DNA of 40,431 bases from Gemmatimonadales bacterium (GTDB lineage: Bacteria; Gemmatimonadota; Gemmatimonadetes; Gemmatimonadales; GWC2-71-9). Under the pieces are notes generated by a model. That model searched no databases and was not told where the DNA came from. It worked only from the letters and a program-made list of their open reading frames with translations. Both the position numbers and the translations under genes were made by a program. How positions within the stretch are numbered: position 1 is the stretch's first letter; every line of letters starts with the position of its first letter. The stretch lies in contig JBDIWC010000036.1 in NCBI GenBank assembly GCA_039794085.1, positions 1 to 40,431 of the forward strand, written 5' to 3'. Shown here piece by piece: positions 20,584 through 29,011 of this stretch.

Positions 20584-20744
20584 GTCATCCCGAGTGAAAA
20601 GAGGGATCCGAGAACGTCGCGGGTGTACTTCCCGTCGTCCAGATTTCGGAATTCGTATGCTGTGCCCACGGCACCGGTGGACGCAGCCAACGGGAAGTGC
20701 ACCAACCACCCTTCACAGATCCCTCGCCTGCGGCTCGGGATGAC
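20584..20744. mobile_element. REPIN/MITE-like element of 161 bp with terminal inverted repeats
   Basis: Left end GTCATCCCGAG-TGAAAA-GAGGGATC, right end GATCCCTC-GCCTGCGG-CTCGGGATGAC; perfect 11-bp outer TIR. Confidence 0.75.
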
Positions 20745-20753
20745 CGGTAGTCT

Positions 20754-20842
20754 GTCCTACGTCCTACGTCCTACGTCCTATGTCCTACGTCCTATGTCCT
20801 ATGTCCTACGTCCTATGTCCTACGTCCTATGTCCTACGTCCT
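20754..20842. repeat. Heptamer tandem array GTCCTA(C/T), 12 units plus a partial unit
   Basis: Counted directly; lies between convergent genes next to the MITE-like element. Confidence 0.97.
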
Positions 20843-20861
20843 CTCCTTCCTGCCCCAGCGT

Positions 20862-22523
20862 TCACCGCGGCAGGGCCACCAGGAAGGGGATGAACGGCTT
20901 GTTGGCGAGGAACGTCGTGGGCGAGGCGTCCGCGTCGCCGATCCGCACCTCCACCTGGGCCCCGTAGGGGATGTGGCAGATCTGGAACCGTCCCTCCTCG
21001 TCCGATCCGGTCTCCATTCGGCTCGCCCGCGTTTGCACCAGAGGGTTGCTCCCCTGGCGCACCAGCTCTCCGCGCTCCCAGCGGACGAAAATGTCCACAT
21101 CCACCGCGGGTTGCCCATCGGCGTGCTGCACCACACCGGCGATGGCCATGGTCGAGTCGGACCCCGGCGGAGGCGAGGGACAGAGGAGGGCAACAGCCTG
21201 CGCCAGGGAAGGTATCCCGACATCCACTCGCACCTCCGAGCCACGGGCCACCCGCACCGACTCCGGAGCCTTGATGCCGAAGAGGGTGAGCCGAGGATGA
21301 TCCGTGGCGAAGGCCACATCCCCGTCCTGCATGATCTCGAGCCGATACCTTCCCTCGTCGTCGGTCAGGGTGGAAGGAGTCCCACCTGACAGGGCAACCC
21401 GGGCGCCCACCAGGGGCCCTCCGTCGAGACTGTCCCACACGACCCCCGCGATGACGGCCGGCCCCACGACCCGCTCCAGAACCTTCGCTTCACCTCCCGT
21501 TTCGAAGTACCCCGCAATGTCCGTCCGGGCCCTTCCTCCCGAACCATCGACCCCGCGCAGGTGCTGGGTGCGAAAGCGGGGGGAGCGGATGTGCCACCGC
21601 TCCACGATCCACCCGACACCCGGCACCCCGGCGAACGACAACATCCCGCTCGCGGCCGCCTGACCGAAGTCCCGCTCCAGGTTCACATAATCGTAGGACA
21701 GCTCTCGCAGTGCCCCCTCCTGGGGATCGATCCACAGCGTGCCCTTCACGTCGGGCACGTCCCGGTCCGGCAACGGCTCGAAGCCGAGACCGAGCAAACC
21801 CCGATACTCCCCGCTCCCCCGCACCAGGCGAAAGCAGTGATAGCGAAGGAACTCCTCCGTGAGGAGAAGCTTGGCGTCGGGAGCATAGTAGACGATATCG
21901 TCTCCCGCCGGTTCCGCGAACCCCTCCACCCACAGCTTCCGGGGCTCCACGGTGGCGAAGGGGGGTCCGGTCGTCTGCCGCACCTGAAGCGTGCGCTCGC
22001 TCGTGACCCGGTCCTTGAGGTCGAGTTCCCGCGCGAAGGTCCGGATCTCGATCGTGGGACGCACCTGGTCGGTGGTGAGCGTCGTCGCGGTCAGCGTTTT
22101 CCGCGTTTCCTCCCACGCCTCGGCGAGTCCGGCCCCGGCCACTCCCTCCACGCCACAGGCCACCTGGTTCCCTCGCACCACCACGTCCGGGAGGGACACC
22201 CGGGTCACACCGAGCACGAGCCGAATCACGAAGGGAGCACCCGGCACCTGGAGGCGAATCGGATCCGACACCGTGCCGGTGTAGCCGATGCGGTCCCCCT
22301 GAATCCGGTACTCACCCGAGCGGGGTACCCGCAGCACCACGCGGCCGAGCTGATCGGTCAGTCCACGCGTGAGGATCGCGCCAGTGGAATCGAGAAGGCT
22401 GATGATGGCGCTCGCGGCGGGATCCCGGGTCCCCTGGTCGACGGCTCGCACCTCGATAACCTGGGCCCCCAACGCCCCGGGGACCAGCGCCGCCAGGAGA
22501 CCCACCCGGCCGAAGCGGCGCAC
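20862..22523 (-). CDS. Secreted protein with several carboxypeptidase-regulatory-like domains
   Basis: Signal peptide ending GALGAQ; three prealbumin-like repeats (LTDQLGR..RIGY, LTDDEGRY, GSDEEGRF); start uncertain, GTG 22523 chosen. Confidence 0.75.
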   Translation of the reverse strand: MRRFGRVGLLAALVPGALGAQVIEVRAVDQGTRDPAASAIISLLDSTGAILTRGLTDQLGRVVLRVPRSGEYRIQGDRIGYTGTVSDPIRLQVPGAPFVIRLVLGVTRVSLPDVVVRGNQVACGVEGVAGAGLAEAWEETRKTLTATTLTTDQVRPTIEIRTFARELDLKDRVTSERTLQVRQTTGPPFATVEPRKLWVEGFAEPAGDDIVYYAPDAKLLLTEEFLRYHCFRLVRGSGEYRGLLGLGFEPLPDRDVPDVKGTLWIDPQEGALRELSYDYVNLERDFGQAAASGMLSFAGVPGVGWIVERWHIRSPRFRTQHLRGVDGSGGRARTDIAGYFETGGEAKVLERVVGPAVIAGVVWDSLDGGPLVGARVALSGGTPSTLTDDEGRYRLEIMQDGDVAFATDHPRLTLFGIKAPESVRVARGSEVRVDVGIPSLAQAVALLCPSPPPGSDSTMAIAGVVQHADGQPAVDVDIFVRWERGELVRQGSNPLVQTRASRMETGSDEEGRFQICHIPYGAQVEVRIGDADASPTTFLANKPFIPFLVALPR

Positions 22524-22632
22524 CGACCCGCGCGTCAGTGGACGGACATCCGCTGGAGCTGTCGCAGGACGCCACCCCCTCGGGTCCGGCAATACCTTCA
22601 GGGAGGGCCCGCAGATGATCGGAGGGCGGAAA

Positions 22633-23133
22633 TCAGACAGGGTCCGCGTCAGGGCGTTCCACATACGAGCGGATCTTCCAGTCGCGTCCATCCCGATAGA
22701 GAATCAAGACGTAGGTTCCCCGTTCGGGAGTGGTGATCCCACGCTCGTCCTTGATGACCTGAGTGTAGCGGCCATACTGATAGGCCATTCCCCCGCTGGC
22801 CGTGAAATCAATCAGCGTGGAGTTGAACCCCTCCAGCGCCGGGAGCAGGGCCTCGAACTGCGATCGGACATCACGGCGCCCCTGCACGGCCTCACCCCGG
22901 GAAAGCGAGAGGAAGCCGTCCTCGGTGAAGTACTCCGTGACCTTCTTGGCATCGTCCGATGCCAGGGCGTCGCGCCACCGAACGAGAAATGTCGTCACCT
23001 CGCGGAGCGATTCCTCGAGGAACTTGGCCTTGATGCGGTTGACGCCATCCAGATGGGCATTCGGGGCCTGGGCCTGGAGCGGCCCCATGGCGAGGGTCAG
23101 GCACACACCGGCAACCACTGGACGGAAACGCAT
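22633..23133 (-). CDS. Secreted NTF2/SnoaL-like (DUF4440/YybH-type) protein
   Basis: Signal peptide ending AQA; 'W.DAL..DD....YFTEDG', 'MAYQYGRY', 'GTYVLIL..DGRDWKI'. Confidence 0.85.
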   Translation of the reverse strand: MRFRPVVAGVCLTLAMGPLQAQAPNAHLDGVNRIKAKFLEESLREVTTFLVRWRDALASDDAKKVTEYFTEDGFLSLSRGEAVQGRRDVRSQFEALLPALEGFNSTLIDFTASGGMAYQYGRYTQVIKDERGITTPERGTYVLILYRDGRDWKIRSYVERPDADPV

Positions 23134-23198
23134 CTCGGATCCCTGAGCGTAAGGAAACGGAAACAACCCCCACATATGCAGGGACGAGTGAACCTCAG

Positions 23199-23209
23199 AT
23201 CATAGCACA
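23199..23209 (-). promoter_or_regulatory. Candidate extended -10 promoter
   Basis: TGTGCTATGAT (TRTGnTAnnnT), 65 nt upstream of the NTF2-like gene. Confidence 0.35.
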
Positions 23210-23294
23210 TCACCACCGTCGGGGCCACCACACCCCATACGGACTGGCCCTTCCCACATCTTGACGGACGGACGCTCCCCCATTCCCGGGAATG

Positions 23295-25358
23295 TCACCG
23301 GCCCAGCTTGCGCAACTCCTCCCGCGCCTGCCGGTGACCCTGAAGTGACGCTCGCTCGAGCCAGATCGCAGCCTCGGCTCCCGACTCGCCGACCCCGTCA
23401 CCTTTCAGATATGCCATGCCGAGCTGATACTGGGACTCCGCGTCCTTGCCATCGGCGGCCAGGCGGAGCCACCGGGCCCTTTCCGCCTTGTCCTTCTCGA
23501 CCCCACGCCCCTTCTCGTACATGACCGCCATCATCGCCTGCGACCGGATGTGACCCCGTTCCGCCGCCTGCCGGAACCAGGTGACGGCCTCGGCATAGTT
23601 CCGTCGCACCCCATCGCCGCTCTCGTAGCGGTTGGCCAGCATGACGATGGCATCGAGCCACCCCTGAGCCGCCGACTCCCGGTACAGGGTTGTGGCCCGG
23701 TCACGATCCCGGGGAACGCCACGCCCGGCGTCCACCAGACCGGCCAACCGATACTGCCCCTCCGGATCGCCCGCCTCGGCCGCATTGGTGAACCAGACCG
23801 CCGCCGATTCCGCGTTCACCGCGGTGCCCTGTCCCAGCTCATGCATCTTGCCCAGAGTACGCTGGGCCGCGGGTTTCCCCTGCTCGGCCTCACGAGTACA
23901 CCGGGCAAATGCCGCCTCCCAGGACAGGGCCGTGTAGAGACTCTCACAGGTTGGTTCCTTCGGAGGCGGAGGGGAAACCGGTTCCCGCGGAGTCGCGGCA
24001 CCTGATCGCGCAGCCCTCGTGGTACCGTTCCCGCTGGTGGCCCGCCTACCCGAGGGAACGGTCGTCACTGCGGAGGCGGAAGACTGAAGAGTGGCGGCGG
24101 CCGGATCACGGGCCGCGGAGATGTCGGTCGACGCGACGCTGTCGGTGGTGAGGGAGCTGTCCGCCACGGCCGGGACCGGCCCCGAGGTACTCCCCCCGGT
24201 CCAGAGGGACACCGCAACGAAGACCGCCGCGGCCAGCACGCCCGCCCCCGCCACGATCCAGGATCGTCGTGACCGGGGGCGACGCGAGGCCGCCAGGGCT
24301 GCGGTGTCCGACGGCGGCGGCAGGGGCGGGAATCCTGCGATACCCGAGAGTGACACCGGCGTGTGGGACGCGCGAAACCGGATGATCTCGGAGGCAAATT
24401 CGTCAATGCTCTGATAGCGCTGGTCCCGTTCCTTCGCCATCCCCCGCGCGATGATCCGGGACAACCCCTCCGGCACGCTCGGTTCAGCCTCGTGCGGGGG
24501 AGGGGGCGTTTCCACCATCTGCCGGTACAGAACGGTCCGGATCGAATCCCCTTCGAAGGGAAGACGCCCCGTCAGCATGCGGTAGCACACCACCGCCAGG
24601 GAGTACTGGTCCGACCGGTGATCCACCCCGGGGTCCCCGGCCGCCTGCTCGGGACTCATGTATTGGGGAGTCCCCACGATCATCCCCGACTGGGTGAGGT
24701 CCCCCTGGCCCGCATCGACCGCCTTGGCGATGCCGAAATCCATCAGGAGGACGCGGGAGTTCTTCCCCTCCAGCATGATGTTTTCCGGCTTGATGTCGCG
24801 GTGGACGAGGCCCGCGTCATGGGCCACGCTGAGGGCACTGGCCGCCTCCAGTGTGATCATCTCCGCTTCATCGACCGTGGCCCGCCCCAGGCGATCGATC
24901 CGGCTGCGGAGTGATTCTCCCTTGATGAGGGGCATCAGAATGTAGGCCAGGCCCTCCCCTTCCCCCACGTCATAGATCGGGAGAATGCCGGGGTGACGCA
25001 GGGCCCCCACCGCCTCCGCCTCCCTCCGGAATCGCTCCAGCAGCACGTCCGAGAGGACCAGTTCGGGCCGGAGCACCTTGACGGCCAATTCCCGCTTGAG
25101 CCGGGTGTCGTACACCGCAAACACCTCGGCGAATCCTCCACGTCCGAGCAGATGGCGCACCTGGTACTGGCTCCCCAGAGCTCGCTGCAGCCGAGCGGCC
25201 ATGTCCGCCCCCTGCACCGGAGCGTCGGGATGGATCGTGGGCGATCCCGTGGCCCGGTTGATCCCCGTGGGGGTCCCCGTCCCGCACATGGGGCAGAAGA
25301 GTGCGTCCTCCGGCAACGGCGTCTGGCAGGAAGCACACGATCGGGCGAGGGTGGACAT
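23295..25358 (-). CDS. Hanks-type Ser/Thr kinase with N-terminal zinc ribbon, TM helix and C-terminal Sel1-like repeats
   Basis: CASC..CPMC; GRGGFA, AVKVL, HRDIKPEN, DFG, YMSPEQ; TM; about 5 'A..W...AA..G...AQ..LG..Y..G.G' repeats. Confidence 0.93.
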   Translation of the reverse strand: MSTLARSCASCQTPLPEDALFCPMCGTGTPTGINRATGSPTIHPDAPVQGADMAARLQRALGSQYQVRHLLGRGGFAEVFAVYDTRLKRELAVKVLRPELVLSDVLLERFRREAEAVGALRHPGILPIYDVGEGEGLAYILMPLIKGESLRSRIDRLGRATVDEAEMITLEAASALSVAHDAGLVHRDIKPENIMLEGKNSRVLLMDFGIAKAVDAGQGDLTQSGMIVGTPQYMSPEQAAGDPGVDHRSDQYSLAVVCYRMLTGRLPFEGDSIRTVLYRQMVETPPPPHEAEPSVPEGLSRIIARGMAKERDQRYQSIDEFASEIIRFRASHTPVSLSGIAGFPPLPPPSDTAALAASRRPRSRRSWIVAGAGVLAAAVFVAVSLWTGGSTSGPVPAVADSSLTTDSVASTDISAARDPAAATLQSSASAVTTVPSGRRATSGNGTTRAARSGAATPREPVSPPPPKEPTCESLYTALSWEAAFARCTREAEQGKPAAQRTLGKMHELGQGTAVNAESAAVWFTNAAEAGDPEGQYRLAGLVDAGRGVPRDRDRATTLYRESAAQGWLDAIVMLANRYESGDGVRRNYAEAVTWFRQAAERGHIRSQAMMAVMYEKGRGVEKDKAERARWLRLAADGKDAESQYQLGMAYLKGDGVGESGAEAAIWLERASLQGHRQAREELRKLGR

Positions 25359-25439
25359 GACGACACTGCCTGGTGACGACGGAAACCTGGGGTTGGGATC
25401 CGACAATGGTACCGACAGCCGGGAGCCCCCGTCAAGGAA

Positions 25440-26375
25440 TCACGGATCACCCCGGCGAAATCGTTGCACGTCGAGCCGGAAGATGTCGGGACGGTGGTAG
25501 TGTCCCGTGACATCGAGGGTCATCGCCTCGCGCCGGCACGCCCCAAGATCGAGTTCGGCGATCACCAGGGTGGGGGTGTCGTACACGGGGTCGGTGAGGT
25601 ACGCCCCGTCGGGTCCGATGATGGCGCTTCCCCCCCGGAGCACCCAGTCATCCGGGCCCGCCACCCGTTCGGGATGGGGGGTGAGTTCCGGTGGCAGATC
25701 CCGGGCCCGGAGGAGGGCCCCCGCGGCCAGCACGAAACAGCGCCCCTCGAAGGCATACTGCCGGCTGGCCACCTGGTGCATCTCGTGCACCGTGGGCCAG
25801 ACCGCCACATGGATCTCCTCCCCCTCCTCGTGGAGCACCTGACGCGCCAGGGGCATCCAGTGCTCCCAGCAGATGAGGGCCCCGACCCGGCCGGCGGGGG
25901 TGTCCACGCTCCGGAGCCCCGTGGCATCGCCCGGGCCCCAGACCATCCTCTCGGTGTACGTGGGAACGAGCTTCCGGTGGTGGTTGAGCAATCGTCCGTC
26001 CGGACCCCACGTGAGAATGCTGTTGTAGAGGGTTCCCTGGCCCGGGCCCCGGCGCACCCGCTCCACCACTCCCACCACGAGAGTCGCCTCGGCCTCGCGT
26101 GCCAGGGCACCGAGGGCGGCCCCACTCTCCCCGGTCACCTCCACACTTTCGTCCATCATCCTCTGGAACACCGCCTTGACCGGCGGATGATTCCAGAGCG
26201 CCGAATCGGAGCAGACGTCCAGCCAGGCGGGATACCCGGGGAGCCAGGTTTCGGGGAGGACCACGAGCGTGGCGCCGCGGGCCCGGGCCTCCCGCACCAG
26301 GGACGCGGTCCGGCGCATCCCCTCCGCCAGCGTCGCGGCCTGTTCCGCCTGGACGATCGCGACGATGACACTCAC
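25440..26375 (-). CDS. Nitrilase (carbon-nitrogen hydrolase, branch 1-like)
   Basis: Triad PETWLPGYP / HRKLVPT / ICWEHWMPLAR; C-terminal DVTGHYHRPD. Confidence 0.93.
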   Translation of the reverse strand: MSVIVAIVQAEQAATLAEGMRRTASLVREARARGATLVVLPETWLPGYPAWLDVCSDSALWNHPPVKAVFQRMMDESVEVTGESGAALGALAREAEATLVVGVVERVRRGPGQGTLYNSILTWGPDGRLLNHHRKLVPTYTERMVWGPGDATGLRSVDTPAGRVGALICWEHWMPLARQVLHEEGEEIHVAVWPTVHEMHQVASRQYAFEGRCFVLAAGALLRARDLPPELTPHPERVAGPDDWVLRGGSAIIGPDGAYLTDPVYDTPTLVIAELDLGACRREAMTLDVTGHYHRPDIFRLDVQRFRRGDP

Positions 26376-26378
26376 CTG

Positions 26379-26909
26379 TTATCCCTCCAGCTCCACTCCG
26401 AGGCCGTCGGCAATCCGGTTGACGAAGGCGAAATAGGCCGTGATGGCGGCGATGTCGTGGATGCCCCGGTCATCGTATCCCGCGGCACGCAGGGCCTCCA
26501 CATCCCCGGTGGTGATGGTCTGCGGCGCCTCCGTCAGCTTGAGGGCATAGGCCAACATCGCCCGGTCCGCTATGGACTCCACCGCCGCCACCGGGTCCCG
26601 TGCCAACCCCTCCAGTAGCGCGTCGATCGCTCCCGTATCCCACTTCTCGCGTTCCAGCAGCCGACGGAGACCCGCTCCGTGATGGACCAGTCAATACCGG
26701 CACGCGTTCCGGGCCGACACCGCCACGGCGATCATCTCCCGCTGGGGACGCGTGAGAGGGCCCGCCGCGTACATCAGCTCCCGGTAGAGGGCATTGTGAA
26801 GCGGGCCGGTGCGCGCATGCACCCCATGGATCCGGAGGATGTTGTCCTGATCGGTGACCCGGTCCTCGGGGGGGATCGCCTCGGGGGGAACGTACCGGAT
26901 GAAAGCCAC
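26379..26909 (-). CDS. AhpD/CMD-family peroxidase-related protein; candidate selenoprotein with in-frame UGA at codon 73 (CxxU)
   Basis: ORFs 26691-26909 and 26379-26606 are in one frame, separated only by TGA at 26691-26693. Read-through gives 176 aa with REMIAVAVSARNACRY-U-LVHH ... FVNRIADGLG. Confidence 0.85.
26657..26690 (-). promoter_or_regulatory. Candidate bacterial SECIS element
   Basis: UGA-CUGGUCCAUC-ACGGAG-CGGGU-CUCCGU-CGGCUG: perfect 6-bp upper stem, G-containing loop starting 17 nt after UGA, possible wobble lower stem UGGUC/GGCUG. Confidence 0.7.
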
Positions 26910-26912
26910 GCG

Positions 26913-28949
26913 TCACTTCTCCTCGGTGTGATTGTTCTCGGCCGCCACCCGGGCCGCCACCTCGGGCGGAGCCTCCGCGTAGCCATGGAACCGCTGATGA
27001 AACGTCCCCCGTCCATGGGTGATCGAATGGAGGGTCGTGGTGTAGCGATACAGCTCGGCCTCGGGTACGATGGCCTGGACCCGGATGAGTCGCCCTTCCG
27101 GTTCCGTGCCCAGGATCTGGCCCCGGCGGGCGCTGAGGTCGCCCAGCACGTCGCCCAGCACGTCGTCCGGAACCCAGACCGACACCTCGGCCAGGGGCTC
27201 CAGCAGGACCGGCCGACAGGTTGGCGCCACGTTCCGGAAGGCGAGAATCCCGGCCATCTTGAAGGACATTTCGTTGGAATCGACGTCGTGATACGACCCG
27301 TCGTAACACTCGGCCTGAAAATCGACCAGGGGGTATCCTGCCACAACTCCCCGTTGGGCCGCCTCCTGGATGCCGCGATCCACCGCGGGGATGTACTTGT
27401 TGGGGATCACACCGCCCACGATCGCGTCCACGAAGGCGTACCCGCTGCCGCGCGGCCGGGGAGAGAGCCGGATCCGGCAATCGCCATACTGCCCCCGCCC
27501 TCCCGACTGTTTCTTGTGCTTCCCCTGGCCCTCTCCCCGCCCCTTCAGCGTTTCGCGGTACGCCACCCGGGGCCGAACCAGCTCCGCCTGGACCCCGAAT
27601 CGCCGTTCCAGCAACCCCAAAATCACCTCGAAATGCCGTTCACCCATCCCACGGAGGAGAGTTTGCCCCAATTCCGAGTTGTAGGCGAAGTGAAAGGTGG
27701 GGTCCTCTTCGTGGAGGCGATGCAGGCCGGCCGCCAGCTTGTCCTCCTCCCCCCGCACCGTGACCACCACACCCGAGACCGCAATCGCCTCCGGGAACGG
27801 GATCGGATCGAGCTTCACTGGTTCGCGCGCGAGGCAGAACGTGTCGTTGGTGTGGGTATCCTTCAGTTTCGCCACGGAACCGATGTCCCCGGCACGCAAC
27901 TCCGGCACCTCGATCCGATCCTTCCCTTGCTGGAGGGAGAGGTGGTTCAGCTTCTCCACCACTTCGTGCTCGGCGTTGAACACCTCATCCCCGTTCTTCA
28001 GCGAGCCGTGGTAGAGCCGGAAGAGGCTCACATCGCCCAGGTGCTGCTCCGACATAATCTTGAACACCCGGCCCACCAAGGGGGCTCGTACCGGTGGCTC
28101 GACCTCCGCCGGGGAGGGGAAGAGTTCCACCATCTCGGTGAGCAACGTCCGGATTCCGTAAGTCAGCGTGCCACTTCCCACGAACATCGGGACGATCTCG
28201 CCCGCGCGCATCGCCCGCTTGAGCGCCGCGGTCAGCCGCTCCCGGGGCAGAGGCTCGCCACTCAGGTACTGCTCCAGCAGGGCATCATCGGTGGCCGCGA
28301 TGGCCTCCGTGAGCTGTTCGTCATACCGGGAATGGGTTTCCCGGTAGTCATCGGGCAGGGCCGTTTCGCGGAACTCACTCTTCGAGCCCGGCGTGTATTC
28401 CTGCAGCTTTCCGGTGAACAGGTTGATGATGCCGTGGAAGGCGGGACCGTCACCGACGGGAATCTCGACCGGCACCACCTTGGGGCTCAGATGGGTTCGG
28501 ACATCCTCGAACACCCGCCCGAAATTGGCCCGCTCCCGGTCCATCTGGGTCACGAACAGGATCCGGGGAAGATGCAGGCGGTCGCAGATCTCCCACACCT
28601 TCTCGGTGCCGACTTCGACCCCGCTGGTGCCATTCAGCACCACCACCGCCGCGTCCGCCGTGTACAATCCGGTGGTCGCCTCGCCGAGAAAATCGAGATA
28701 TCCCGGCGTGTCGATGAGATTGATCTTGGTGTCCATCCACTCGGCGTAGGCGAGCGCGAGGCTGATGGAGTGCTGGCGGGCGATTTCGTCGGGAGTGTGG
28801 TCAGTGAGGGTGGTGCCGTCCTGAATCGTGCCGTGGCGCCTGCTGCTGCCGGAAACGAACGCCAGGGCGTCCACCAGCGTCGTTTTCCCGGACGATCCGT
28901 GGCCCACGAAGGCCACATTCCGGATCGCCTCAGTCGAATAGACCCGCAT
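26913..28949 (-). CDS. Elongation factor G paralogue (EF-G2 / EF-G II type)
   Basis: ATG 28949 with GGAGG RBS; GHGSSGKTT, DTPGYLDF, GMGERH, KKQSGGRGQY, DGSYHDVDS, LLEPL; G motifs diverge from canonical FusA. Confidence 0.93.
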   Translation of the reverse strand: MRVYSTEAIRNVAFVGHGSSGKTTLVDALAFVSGSSRRHGTIQDGTTLTDHTPDEIARQHSISLALAYAEWMDTKINLIDTPGYLDFLGEATTGLYTADAAVVVLNGTSGVEVGTEKVWEICDRLHLPRILFVTQMDRERANFGRVFEDVRTHLSPKVVPVEIPVGDGPAFHGIINLFTGKLQEYTPGSKSEFRETALPDDYRETHSRYDEQLTEAIAATDDALLEQYLSGEPLPRERLTAALKRAMRAGEIVPMFVGSGTLTYGIRTLLTEMVELFPSPAEVEPPVRAPLVGRVFKIMSEQHLGDVSLFRLYHGSLKNGDEVFNAEHEVVEKLNHLSLQQGKDRIEVPELRAGDIGSVAKLKDTHTNDTFCLAREPVKLDPIPFPEAIAVSGVVVTVRGEEDKLAAGLHRLHEEDPTFHFAYNSELGQTLLRGMGERHFEVILGLLERRFGVQAELVRPRVAYRETLKGRGEGQGKHKKQSGGRGQYGDCRIRLSPRPRGSGYAFVDAIVGGVIPNKYIPAVDRGIQEAAQRGVVAGYPLVDFQAECYDGSYHDVDSNEMSFKMAGILAFRNVAPTCRPVLLEPLAEVSVWVPDDVLGDVLGDLSARRGQILGTEPEGRLIRVQAIVPEAELYRYTTTLHSITHGRGTFHQRFHGYAEAPPEVAARVAAENNHTEEK

Positions 28950-28981
28950 GGTCCCGACCTCCCTCGGCAAGAGTCACCCTG

Positions 28982-29010
28982 ATTCTGGGGGCCGGAGCCC
29001 CCGTTGTCAA
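28982..29010 (-). promoter_or_regulatory. Sigma70-type promoter for the EF-G2 operon
   Basis: TTGACA-N17-CAGAAT; a dyad GGGGGC-TCCG-GCCCCC fills the spacer. Confidence 0.6.
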
Positions 29011-29011
29011 A

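Noticed and set aside
26691..26693. Genome-wide UGA reassignment (Trp or Gly)
   Set aside because: Many genes here end in TGA, several in ATGA/GTGA overlaps, and Trp is encoded by TGG.
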